In this document: positions 8,290 through 16,776 of the stretch, piece by piece
How positions within the stretch are numbered: position 1 is the stretch's first letter
Layout of the letters: each line of letters opens with the position of its first letter
Origin: Candidatus Asgardarchaeum abyssi
GTDB lineage: Archaea > Asgardarchaeota > Asgardarchaeia > Asgardarchaeales > Asgardarchaeaceae
Assembly: GCA_040225955.1 (NCBI GenBank)
Contig: JBECUL010000036.1
Span: forward strand, 1 to 22,026
Length of the DNA: 22,026 bases
Reading direction: 5' to 3'
The notes under the pieces: model-generated
Database searches by the model: none
Seen by the model: the letters and a program-made list of their open reading frames with translations, nothing else
Told to the model about the DNA's origin: nothing
Program-made: the position numbers and the translations under genes

Positions 8290-9777
8290 TTATTCTGGCG
8301 GTTTCCACCTTTTTATATATTCATCCAGAAAACCTCTTTGTTTTAAATATTCTCCGTATGTTGCTAGTGCATGCATAGCTCTTACGGCTCTCTCGGGTGT
8401 TGGATATGCGGGTATACCTACTTCATCAAATGAATCTCTTAAGTAGCAAGCATACTCTTGAGATCCAATATCACAAGCAACTATAGGTTTATTGTATTTT
8501 TTCATAAGATTGATAAATCTATCCGTTATTGTATCATCAAGCATAGGAACATGGTGTAAAGCAATCACTACCAGCCCATCAATATGCGGGTCTCTTAAAA
8601 GAACATCCGCTGCGATTTCAAACATTTCTGTACTTGCACTACCAGTTAAATCTACTGGATTAACATTAGTTGCAAATTTTGGTAATACACCCTCCTTCTT
8701 TAGCTCTTCAAATTTATTATATGTTTCTTCTGGCAATTTTATTATATTAAGGCCAATCATCTCTGCTGCGTCGGTTGCCATTACTCCTGCTCCTCCTCCG
8801 TCTGTTAAAATTGCGATATTCTTTCCTCGAAGTGGTCTCTGGAATATTAATGCTTTTGCCATGTCGAACATATGCTCCATATCTTCAGCTCTGAGAACCC
8901 CTGCTTGTTTAAATGCAACATCGTAAATAACATCACTTCCCGCAATGGCAGCTGTATGACTAGCTGCAGCTCTAGCTCCCGCTTCCGTGCGTCCAGACTT
9001 TAATATTATAATTGGTTTTACAACACTCACCTTCTTTGCAATCTCAACAAATTCCCTTCCCCTTTTTATCGTCTCACTATAGATTAAGATAACCCTTGTT
9101 TTTTCATCTTTTGAGAGATACTCTAACATGTCGATTTCGTCTATATCAGCCTTATTTCCATAACTAACAAAACGTCTGAGACCTATTCCTTCACCTGCCA
9201 TGTAGTCAAGTACTGCAATACCGAAAGCTCCACTTTGAGTTAAAAATGAAATATATCCTGGCTTAGGTCTAGGCGTACCCACAAGCTCTCTATTATCTTT
9301 AGTTCTCTTCTTCTCAGGTAAAAATAATGTATCAACACCAGAATAAGAATCTAATACTCCCAACCCGTTAGGGCCAATAATGCGAATTCCATATTTTTTC
9401 GCAATACTTATAACTCTCTTCTCCAACTCTACATTTCCTATTTCACTGAATCCAGCACTTATAATAACTACAGCTTGGGTTCCCTTTTTTCCAATTTGTT
9501 CCATCACATCAGGTACAAACCTAGCTGGAATTATTACAACAGCTAGATCTACGCTCTCAGGAATATCTAAGATGCTTCTATATATCTTATATCCTAATAA
9601 TTCTTCTCCTTTTATATTTACAGGATATACCTTACCTCTAAATACACCATTTTTGATGTTATCGACAAAATTTTTAAATGTCACATACCCAGGAGAGTTA
9701 ACATCAGTAGACGCACCAATAACAGCTACCGTCTTTGGGTTAAAAAATTTAGATATTTTTTCATCATCGTGTTGCAT
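8290..9777 (-). CDS. acdA: ADP-forming acyl/acetyl-CoA synthetase alpha subunit
   Basis: FFNPKTVAVIGAS, ISAGFSE, IIGPNGLG, QSGA, SYGNKAD, AASHTAAIAG (phospho-His), NPVDLTG. Confidence 0.92.
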   Translation of the reverse strand: MQHDDEKISKFFNPKTVAVIGASTDVNSPGYVTFKNFVDNIKNGVFRGKVYPVNIKGEELLGYKIYRSILDIPESVDLAVVIIPARFVPDVMEQIGKKGTQAVVIISAGFSEIGNVELEKRVISIAKKYGIRIIGPNGLGVLDSYSGVDTLFLPEKKRTKDNRELVGTPRPKPGYISFLTQSGAFGIAVLDYMAGEGIGLRRFVSYGNKADIDEIDMLEYLSKDEKTRVILIYSETIKRGREFVEIAKKVSVVKPIIILKSGRTEAGARAAASHTAAIAGSDVIYDVAFKQAGVLRAEDMEHMFDMAKALIFQRPLRGKNIAILTDGGGAGVMATDAAEMIGLNIIKLPEETYNKFEELKKEGVLPKFATNVNPVDLTGSASTEMFEIAADVLLRDPHIDGLVVIALHHVPMLDDTITDRFINLMKKYNKPIVACDIGSQEYACYLRDSFDEVGIPAYPTPERAVRAMHALATYGEYLKQRGFLDEYIKRWKPPE

Positions 9778-9888
9778 GAGTATCCCTCATTCTATTTCTT
9801 TATGTAAAGTACTTCCATATTTTTAAAAAATATCTATGGATTAGTTTACTAAAATTATTAAAAAGTGAAAATACTTTCACGAGTAATT

Positions 9889-10293
9889 TTATCTCTTCTC
9901 TCTTTTATTTTTTATACCAGAAATCCATTTTCGGTAAGCCTTAGCTAACCTTTCAAGTGCCGATGCAAAGTCAGTAGATAAATAGTAAGTTCCTATACCT
10001 CTTTCAAACCGTATCATTCCTAATCTTTTCAAATCCTTTAAAAGCCTATAAAAAGTTGCTTTACTAACTTTATCCCTTAAATTCTGCTGAATTTTAGCAA
10101 CTTCCTTTCTTGTTAAACCATTCCTCGGATTACTATATAGAATATTTAAAATATACAATGCAACCTTCTTCTTATTCTCTTCTCTATCTTTGGGATATAT
10201 TAAGTCGATTATTTGCTCTATCTTTAACTTTGTAGAAATATCTCGATGTCGAAAATGGATCTTTGGAAGATCAATACTATTTACTTTAGCCAT
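9889..10293 (-). CDS. Winged helix-turn-helix protein
   Basis: GLTRKEV...VSKATFYRLLKDLKRLGMIRFERGIGTYYLS wHTH pattern. Confidence 0.75.
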   Translation of the reverse strand: MAKVNSIDLPKIHFRHRDISTKLKIEQIIDLIYPKDREENKKKVALYILNILYSNPRNGLTRKEVAKIQQNLRDKVSKATFYRLLKDLKRLGMIRFERGIGTYYLSTDFASALERLAKAYRKWISGIKNKREKR

Positions 10294-10434
10294 AATCTCA
10301 CCAAATATACAACTTAAATATAAAATATTACTAAATTGCTATGTTAGTAAATCTAATGATTTATACACTTACAGAGAAATATTTATTTGAAGCTTCAATA
10401 TAAGATTATCCACAAATCTTAGGGTTGAAAGAAA

Positions 10435-10752
10435 ATGAGTACTAAAAAATGCCCTTATTGTAATGCTATAATTCCTGCCGATGCTGTATTCTGTCCAAAC
10501 TGTGGCGCTCAATTAACAGCTCCACAGCCTCAACCTACGTATCAACCACCACCCCAGCCTACATATGCTCCACAACCACCAGCACCAGCTATGCCTCCTG
10601 TGTATCCTCAACAACCTATTAAAGAAAAAAGCTCAGCTATTGCTGCTATTTTGTCATTTTTAATACCAGGAGTAGGGCAGATCTATGTTGGAAAGGCAAA
10701 GAGAGGCATCTTAATTCTAATACTTGGGATAGTTATTGCTAAATTAATTTGA
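10435..10752 (+). CDS. Zinc-ribbon / Pro-Gln-rich / TM2-like membrane protein
   Basis: CPYC-x10-CPNCG ribbon, PQPTY repeats, KSSAIAAILSFLIPGVGQIYVGK..RG TM2-like motif. Confidence 0.8.
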   Translation: MSTKKCPYCNAIIPADAVFCPNCGAQLTAPQPQPTYQPPPQPTYAPQPPAPAMPPVYPQQPIKEKSSAIAAILSFLIPGVGQIYVGKAKRGILILILGIVIAKLI

Positions 10753-10789
10753 AAAAGAGTATATTGATGCTTCCAGAAGGTAACTAACC

Positions 10790-11287
10790 ATGAGATATAT
10801 ATTAGTCAGTGCATGTCTCTTAGGTTTAAACACAAGATATAATGGTAAAAACAATTTCAGAGAAGAGATTGTCAAATTAATAGAAAAAGGTATTATTCTT
10901 ATTCCAGTTTGTCCTGAACAATTAGGAGGTCTTCCAACTCCTAGAGAAAATGCAGAGATTATTGGAGGAGATGGAAGCGACGTATTAAGAGGGACTGCAA
11001 GAGTTATAACTAAGAGTGGCCGTGATGTGACAAATGAATTTATAAAAGGGGCCAAGGAAACATTAAAAGTCGCTAGGTTATACAATATAACGCTTGCAAT
11101 ACTTAAGGCAAAAAGTCCTTCTTGTGGAAAGGGAGTTATATATGACGGAACATTTACATCATCTACCAAAAATGGTGATGGCGTTACCGCTGCCTATCTG
11201 AAAATGAATAATATTAATGTATTAACCGAGAATGAGTTATCTGAGATACAAAAACTTTACAGCAAATCGAATAAAAATAAAAGTTAG
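10790..11287 (+). CDS. DUF523 / 2-thiouracil desulfurase family Fe-S protein
   Basis: ILVSACLLG..TRYNG, VCPEQLGGLPTPRE, LKAKSPSCG, GDGVTAA. Confidence 0.92.
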   Translation: MRYILVSACLLGLNTRYNGKNNFREEIVKLIEKGIILIPVCPEQLGGLPTPRENAEIIGGDGSDVLRGTARVITKSGRDVTNEFIKGAKETLKVARLYNITLAILKAKSPSCGKGVIYDGTFTSSTKNGDGVTAAYLKMNNINVLTENELSEIQKLYSKSNKNKS

Positions 11288-11327
11288 ACCACGTCTATGT
11301 TGAATTAAAAATAAAGAGTGATGCGAG

Positions 11328-11444
11328 TCACTCTTCTTCTTCCCAGTCCTCTTCCTCTTCCCATTCTTCTTCCTCTTCTTCCCAGTCCTCCTCTTCTTCC
11401 CACTCTTCTTCTTCCCAGTCCTCTTCCTCTTCAAACGGTCGCAT
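11328..11444 (-). CDS. 38-aa acidic Glu/Trp repeat peptide MRPFEEEEDWEEEEWEEEEDWEEEEEEWEEEEDWEEEE (not in ORF track)
   Basis: ATG 11444, TGA at 11330-11328, SD GAGGTGA 6 nt upstream; the GAA/GAG variation within the repeat is synonymous in this frame. Confidence 0.75.
   Translation of the reverse strand: MRPFEEEEDWEEEEWEEEEDWEEEEEEWEEEEDWEEEE
11331..11432. repeat. Imperfect purine/pyrimidine-skewed tandem repeat, (GAR)4-6(GAC)TGG units on the minus strand
   Basis: Repeated TTCCCAGTCCTC / CTCTTCTTC blocks on the plus strand; this is the coding sequence of the acidic peptide. Confidence 0.85.
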
Positions 11445-11450
11445 TGCACA

Positions 11451-11490
11451 TCACCTCTTTCAGCAGATAATAACATTAACTACAATATAA
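11451..11490 (-). promoter_or_regulatory. SD (GAGGTGA) and putative TATA (TTATAT) for the acidic peptide gene
   Basis: Plus-strand TCACCTC at 11451-11457 and ATATAA at 11485-11490; the spacing would put a transcription start just upstream of the SD. Confidence 0.5.
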
Positions 11491-11715
11491 CTTATTTGGT
11501 AATACACTTAGAGGTTTATTATTTCTTTTTTTTAAGAAAATATCCTTTTAAAATTGTTATTTAGAAGAAATATTAAAGAATTACACTTATTTAAGAAAAT
11601 AATAATTTTTTATGCCTTTGTTTAAAAAAAAGATAGATAATGTTTAATATTAAGATGGGTCTAAGAAATATTGCACCGAATATTATAAGATGGGTAAATG
11701 ATTACTGGTGAAATC

Positions 11716-12501
11716 ATGCAAGCACGTCATGTAATAAACTTTGTCATTGTTGCAAAAAGTAAGGAAGCTATTAAGAGGCTATCTATAAAAAATTATCTTA
11801 CAAACCCAATAGTTTTCTATGACAGCAGTAATATTATACTCAGTGGATACTCCTTGAAATCATTGGAGGAAATAAGCTTATTAAAAAATTTAATGTCATT
11901 TAATGGTTTTGTTTTCATTCAAAAAAGAAAATCAATTCCGAGCCCAAATGTATCTAGCTCTAAAAGACAAAAAAAATTATGCAAATTTCATCTAGTTCAT
12001 ATTTCGGAAATACCAAATGAAAAAACCAAGAAAAAAGTAACGAAACTGTTAAAAAAATCTTTATTTTTTAAAATTGCTCGAAATACTTATCTTATTCCTG
12101 CATGGAGTACAAAAGTTTATGAGAAATTCGAAATGATAAGCCCTCCTCTTTTTATTCTTCATAAATTAAGGAGATTGGGTCTTGACATTCTCATAATTCC
12201 TTCATTAGTTCCTATAAATGGTGATATGTATCTAAGATTATTGGAGAAAATTTCAAATTCTTTTATAAAAGAATTTGAAACAGAGCTTAAGAAAGCTAAA
12301 AAATTAAGAACGTATTTTAAAGAAAATAGAGAGCCACATATTACTATGCGGAAGTTAAAAATTTTATTTAGAAACTTAAAAATACTTAAAGAAAAAGCGA
12401 TCATACTTAAGAAAATTACAAGTAAAAATTATAAAAAATTTTATAACAAAGTTTATGTTTATTTGATAAGACTAAAGAAAGACATAGAAATTTACATTTA
12501 A
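11716..12501 (+). CDS. Highly basic hypothetical protein with central ChrB-N/PaaX/Cas2-like ferredoxin segment and helical C-terminus
   Basis: GGTGA SD before ATG 11716 (ORF track start 11698); FHLVHISEIP...KKKVTKLLKKSLFFKIARNTYLIP pattern; fold call is tentative. Confidence 0.65.
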   Translation: MQARHVINFVIVAKSKEAIKRLSIKNYLTNPIVFYDSSNIILSGYSLKSLEEISLLKNLMSFNGFVFIQKRKSIPSPNVSSSKRQKKLCKFHLVHISEIPNEKTKKKVTKLLKKSLFFKIARNTYLIPAWSTKVYEKFEMISPPLFILHKLRRLGLDILIIPSLVPINGDMYLRLLEKISNSFIKEFETELKKAKKLRTYFKENREPHITMRKLKILFRNLKILKEKAIILKKITSKNYKKFYNKVYVYLIRLKKDIEIYI

Positions 12502-12719
12502 TCATGTTGTGCTTTTTAAAAGTTATATTTAAAAGTTTGAGGGAGAAAAGTTGCAACTAAGCTGTTAAAAATGAGAATTATTCACAAAATACCAAAACTT
12601 ATAAATCACTTAGATAAAATATGATTTAAGTGAATACTAATATCGATTAAAATCCTTGAAGCTATAAAAGATATCATGTCAATAATTTTTTTATTCTAAA
12701 ATTATGTGAGGGATTTTCA

Positions 12720-13376
12720 TTGCTTCATGGAATTATTATAACGAGATTTGATCTAAAAATAGGACCACTAGCAGAATACGTTTATCCTAAAGATTTTATG
12801 GGGGAGGGAGAACTATTTGACTTATCGTTTAGAATTTGGACTGGAGCTGGTTTCTTAAATTTATCCGAAGCAAAGGGTTTCACTTACCAAACTTATAATC
12901 CTCACAAAAAGTTTGGAATTACTATTTTTGATACTACAGATACTTTAGGTACGTACGCGATTACATGTCTTTTCTCCGAAGATGATTCCGCGTTAATAGT
13001 TCCAAATATTCGAAAGTTTCAGGATGTCATCTCGAAAGCAAATGAAAAAATAAAAGATGGCAAGATGCCAGAATCAGTGTTAGAAGAATTATATACTCAA
13101 CTCGTTAAATTATATAATGAAATAAAAGAAAGATCATTTGCTCCAAGAGAAGTAAAAATGCTACCTCAAGAAAAAAGGCAAAAGTTAGTTAATGGACTAT
13201 CTGTGGTATTTTCAAATATAAGAAAACTTAAAGAATTAGCAGCAAATTTAAATGATGAGGCCCTAAAGAAGGAACTATTAGCATCTATTGAAGTAATATC
13301 ATCAGCACTAATGACCATAGCATCCTCAGTTTTAGAATCTGATGAAATAAGTCAACTTCTTTCTAAGCTTCTTTAA
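12720..13376 (+). CDS. uDENN/NPRL2-like longin domain protein with helical C-terminus
   Basis: GIIITRFDLKIGPLAEYVYPKDF N-terminus (F-D/H-x3-GP-x6-P motif), followed by helix and strands GITIFD, YAITCLF; TTG start. Confidence 0.65.
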   Translation: MLHGIIITRFDLKIGPLAEYVYPKDFMGEGELFDLSFRIWTGAGFLNLSEAKGFTYQTYNPHKKFGITIFDTTDTLGTYAITCLFSEDDSALIVPNIRKFQDVISKANEKIKDGKMPESVLEELYTQLVKLYNEIKERSFAPREVKMLPQEKRQKLVNGLSVVFSNIRKLKELAANLNDEALKKELLASIEVISSALMTIASSVLESDEISQLLSKLL

Positions 13377-13388
13377 GAATAAATATAG

Positions 13389-14294
13389 TTAGGATTTCTC
13401 CTCACTTTTCTTTAACAATCTTTTTGAAATAGCCTCTTTTAGTTCGCTCATATATGTTAGTGAGGGTTTCTCCTTCTTTTTAATCATTTTCTCTTCAATT
13501 AGATACTTTAATAACAGATCCAACCTATTTGTTTTCGGCATAAATTTTTCTGGTTCAAAAATTAAAGTCTTTAATCTCTGAATATCAATAGTACCATCTA
13601 CGGCTATTTCTTCTAATAATGCCATATTTAGGTTTAATTTTTCCTTAGAGAGTGAAGATAAGGTATCCTTACTTAATGTGCTATCGAAGGGATATAATGA
13701 AAAAGCAATTAAGGATACAACCTTTTCATAACTTCCTCTAAATCTACCAGATAAGGTTTCTAATATTTTTATGATTTTTGATATTTCATCTAAGTTTGAT
13801 AATCGTGGAATTATTAGCTCACTCGTTGAAGTTTTTATTACTTGTGAGATTTCTTTTATTAGGGAAGCTTCATTAATACCTGAGACTAGAAGCATAACAA
13901 AATCCATTAAACTTTGGTCAAATAATTCTGTTAGTGGATATCTATGAACTTGTAATCCATTTAATCTAAAGAGAGGAATTATAGCAGCTCGTTTAACAAA
14001 GAATGAGAGAAAACTTTCGTACATTGATTGAAGCGGCTCTGATTCTAATGATTTAATAGTATCCAATGCATTTTTGTCTACAGATATGTTTAAAATTAAC
14101 ATATCAGAATCAGTTTTAACAATATTGTAAGAAACATCATTAAATGTCGTTTTTCCAACACTAACTTGTAGAATAATATCATATGCTCCTATTCCGAGAA
14201 TGAAAGTGTCATTCAACCTAATAATGAATGCCATCAAATTATCTTCAAGCTTTCTTAGTAAGTCACTATAAACTTCATGGGATTTAATTATCAT
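13389..14294 (-). CDS. Hypothetical protein, possible C-terminal winged helix
   Basis: 301-aa ORF with GGAGG SD; LLEEIAVDGTIDIQRL...LDLLLKYLIEEKMIKK resembles a wHTH. Confidence 0.7.
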   Translation of the reverse strand: MIIKSHEVYSDLLRKLEDNLMAFIIRLNDTFILGIGAYDIILQVSVGKTTFNDVSYNIVKTDSDMLILNISVDKNALDTIKSLESEPLQSMYESFLSFFVKRAAIIPLFRLNGLQVHRYPLTELFDQSLMDFVMLLVSGINEASLIKEISQVIKTSTSELIIPRLSNLDEISKIIKILETLSGRFRGSYEKVVSLIAFSLYPFDSTLSKDTLSSLSKEKLNLNMALLEEIAVDGTIDIQRLKTLIFEPEKFMPKTNRLDLLLKYLIEEKMIKKKEKPSLTYMSELKEAISKRLLKKSEEKS

Positions 14295-14339
14295 CCTAAG
14301 ACCTCCGAAATAAAAATATACACATGTGTTTAATAATTA

Positions 14340-14966
14340 TTAAACAGAATAAATAAAATATTTATTCTTTTTTTTTGATAGATAAATCCAATAGCCACCA
14401 CTTTTTTCCAATACATCACAATTCCCAAAAACTTCTTTCATCTTTTCCATGAGCCGACGGCCACCTTTTTTATGTCTAGCAACTATTTGTAAGATTCCTC
14501 CTTTATTTAGATGAGTGTATGTCTCACTAATTAGTCTGTAGCAAACTTTCATTCCGGCAGATATAGGAGGATTTGAAATCACAACATCAAACATTTCATT
14601 TATTCTTTCATATAAGTTACTTTTTATCACTTTACAATTTGGCAACATATACTTTCGGACATTCATTTTCGCAATCTTAACAGCACGTTCATTAATATCA
14701 CTCATATATACAATGCTAGAAGGAGAAAGAATTGCATATATAATCCCTATAACTCCAATTCCGGTACCTAAATCGAGAACTTTTGCATTATCTATTACTT
14801 TCATGTTTTCAATAAGAACTTTAGTTCCATAATCTAATTTTTTATAAGAAAAAATACCTGGCGAAGAGTAAAGCCTAAGTGTTAAACCTCTAACACGAAC
14901 TATAATCTCAAATATTTTGAAGTGTCCACCTGGTTTTTCAGAAAAGTAATGGGGATTGCTCCGCAT
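14340..14966 (-). CDS. Class I SAM-dependent methyltransferase, RsmC/MTS-like
   Basis: HYFSEKP, PGIFS...LDYGT, VLDLGTGIG, DINERA, ISNPPI. Confidence 0.9.
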   Translation of the reverse strand: MRSNPHYFSEKPGGHFKIFEIIVRVRGLTLRLYSSPGIFSYKKLDYGTKVLIENMKVIDNAKVLDLGTGIGVIGIIYAILSPSSIVYMSDINERAVKIAKMNVRKYMLPNCKVIKSNLYERINEMFDVVISNPPISAGMKVCYRLISETYTHLNKGGILQIVARHKKGGRRLMEKMKEVFGNCDVLEKSGGYWIYLSKKKNKYFIYSV

Positions 14967-14969
14967 TGT

Positions 14970-15392
14970 TTATAATTTCTCCGAATAGAGAGTTTTTAAT
15001 TTAAATAAAGCATCCTCAATTATCTTTTTATGATCGAATGCAAGCTTTTCTGGTGGTGTCTTAAAGAATTTTGCAATTTTTGCATCCGTGGAAGCTTTTA
15101 AGGTGCCACCTATTATTTTTGCAAGAAAAGTAATTGATATTACATGTCCTCTTGGATCTCTTTTAGGATCGGAGTAAACTCCAACTAAATCGATTACTTG
15201 AACATCTAACCCAGTTTCCTCCTTCATCTCTCTAATTGCTGCTTGTTCAGCAGTTTCTCCGTATTCAATAAAGCCACCTGGTAGTGCCCAATAATTCTTA
15301 AATGGTTCATTTTTTCTTGATATTAGAACAAACTCTAAGTTATCATTAATCGCAAAAATATCTACAGCAATGCGAGGATACTTCTTGGTCAT
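14970..15392 (-). CDS. Nudix hydrolase, ADP-ribose pyrophosphatase-like
   Basis: Nudix box GGFIEYGETAEQAAIREMKEETGL, YSDPKRDPRGH, LAFDH. Confidence 0.93.
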   Translation of the reverse strand: MTKKYPRIAVDIFAINDNLEFVLISRKNEPFKNYWALPGGFIEYGETAEQAAIREMKEETGLDVQVIDLVGVYSDPKRDPRGHVISITFLAKIIGGTLKASTDAKIAKFFKTPPEKLAFDHKKIIEDALFKLKTLYSEKL

Positions 15393-15417
15393 TTCTAGGC
15401 ACCAATTGTCTTTATTC

Positions 15418-16104
15418 TCATTTAACCATGGCTAGTAATTTGTCAACTCTGTCAATAACTTCTGGATTTATAAGGCTAATAGCTGGGAGTTCTATTTCAA
15501 GGTAATAATATTCGCCGCCGCCCTCCTCCTTACCACAATATCGTAATAGGATATGTCCTGCCTTTATATCTTCTTTAAAAACCTTTTTGATTGTTCTAAA
15601 GAGCCTTCTAAATTTTGGATCTGCTGTTTCTAAGTCAAGTCCTCTATCACAAGGCAAGTGAGCTTTAACGATTTTTATAGTCTCTCCAATAAGCATTTCT
15701 GCTTTTTCTATTGCGCCAAGCTTCTTTTTCTTTATTAAGGCCTGTATTAGTTCTTCTACAGGTATCGTAATGAGATGATCTTTCTTCCTGTTAAAGATTA
15801 TATAAAAATTCGCTACTAATCGCCCAAGTTCCCATGCAACTTCCAAAAATATTTCTGCATCCTTTGGAAGGACCTTATCAAATACCTCTTTGACCTCATA
15901 GCGTTTTCCATCTTCAACATATACCTCTCCGACACGTCTTCCTTGTCGTGATACGAAAAACGTTGTTTGTGAATCTCTCAATCCATAAAGTAGATTGAGA
16001 CCCCACATTTTTAAGTCCTTAAATGAAACCTTCATAGATTTCGGAATCTCTCCCTTTTTGTACACTTTAAAAGTACCATCATTAAGAACTTCAACAGAAG
16101 CCAT
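15418..16104 (-). CDS. Conserved archaeal hypothetical protein
   Basis: GGGTGA SD before ATG 16104; first gene of a minus-strand run with the Nudix and methyltransferase genes; FKDLKMWG motif. Confidence 0.75.
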   Translation of the reverse strand: MASVEVLNDGTFKVYKKGEIPKSMKVSFKDLKMWGLNLLYGLRDSQTTFFVSRQGRRVGEVYVEDGKRYEVKEVFDKVLPKDAEIFLEVAWELGRLVANFYIIFNRKKDHLITIPVEELIQALIKKKKLGAIEKAEMLIGETIKIVKAHLPCDRGLDLETADPKFRRLFRTIKKVFKEDIKAGHILLRYCGKEEGGGEYYYLEIELPAISLINPEVIDRVDKLLAMVK

Positions 16105-16219
16105 AGTTATCACCCAATATTCATATACTTTGAGATTAGAATTTAAAATAAAGTTTCAAATTAATGAATGTACAAAAAGTATAAAAATGTGTTTACTGTT
16201 TAGATTTGTGGGGTGCCAA

Positions 16220-16747
16220 ATGTACTATTATAACGTTGAACCTACTTATGATTTTTCATATTTGAAGAAAAGTATATCCATTGGAGCTTTGTATGCTCTT
16301 TTGATAGCTTTATTAGACACATTAAGATATGAACTTTTTCACCAGAGATTCATAATTCCGCTTCAAACAGATTTAACACCTGCTAATTATTTCTTCCTAC
16401 TTATAGTATCTGTAGTGTTGGGAGGGTCTCTTGCAAAGGCTCTTGATTCAAAGGAGGCTGTATACACCTCCTTTTTCACAGCAATACTTTTCTATTTCTT
16501 TAATATAATCATTCTTGTTTTTCACTTTACTTATTTAGATTATAGGGTTGTCTACGATTTTATCCCTATTCTGAAGCAAGGATATCCAAACTATAATCCA
16601 TCGGTTGATTATGTTCCAGTTTTGGGTATTATTTTATTCACACTACTAGGTAATATAATAATCTACATAATTTTGGTATTCCCTATGATTTTTGGATTTA
16701 TGGTTGCGAGCTACTTCTTTATAAGGCTAATAATGAAACAATATTAG
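16220..16747 (+). CDS. Integral membrane protein (about 4 TM helices)
   Basis: Four long hydrophobic segments; ATG 16220 after GGGGTG is preferred because the ORF-track start 15995 overlaps the divergent gene. Confidence 0.75.
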   Translation: MYYYNVEPTYDFSYLKKSISIGALYALLIALLDTLRYELFHQRFIIPLQTDLTPANYFFLLIVSVVLGGSLAKALDSKEAVYTSFFTAILFYFFNIIILVFHFTYLDYRVVYDFIPILKQGYPNYNPSVDYVPVLGIILFTLLGNIIIYIILVFPMIFGFMVASYFFIRLIMKQY

Positions 16748-16776
16748 ATTTTAGAGAGTGTGCACATGGTGATTTT

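Noticed and set aside
11331-11432. Repeat as a CRISPR array or microsatellite
   Set aside because: No unique spacers and no cas genes; all unit lengths are multiples of 3 and it sits in an SD-led ORF
11237-11476. 79-aa K/R-rich ORF (KRKRTGKKK repeats) from the ORF track
   Set aside because: Shadow frame of the Glu/Trp peptide: it overlaps the DUF523 gene end, lacks an SD, and its repeat variation is non-synonymous
12549-12628. 10-bp palindrome AGTTGCAACT and a 17-codon ORF (MRIIHKIPKLINHLDKI) in the spacer
   Set aside because: Single short palindrome and a tiny ORF with no independent support
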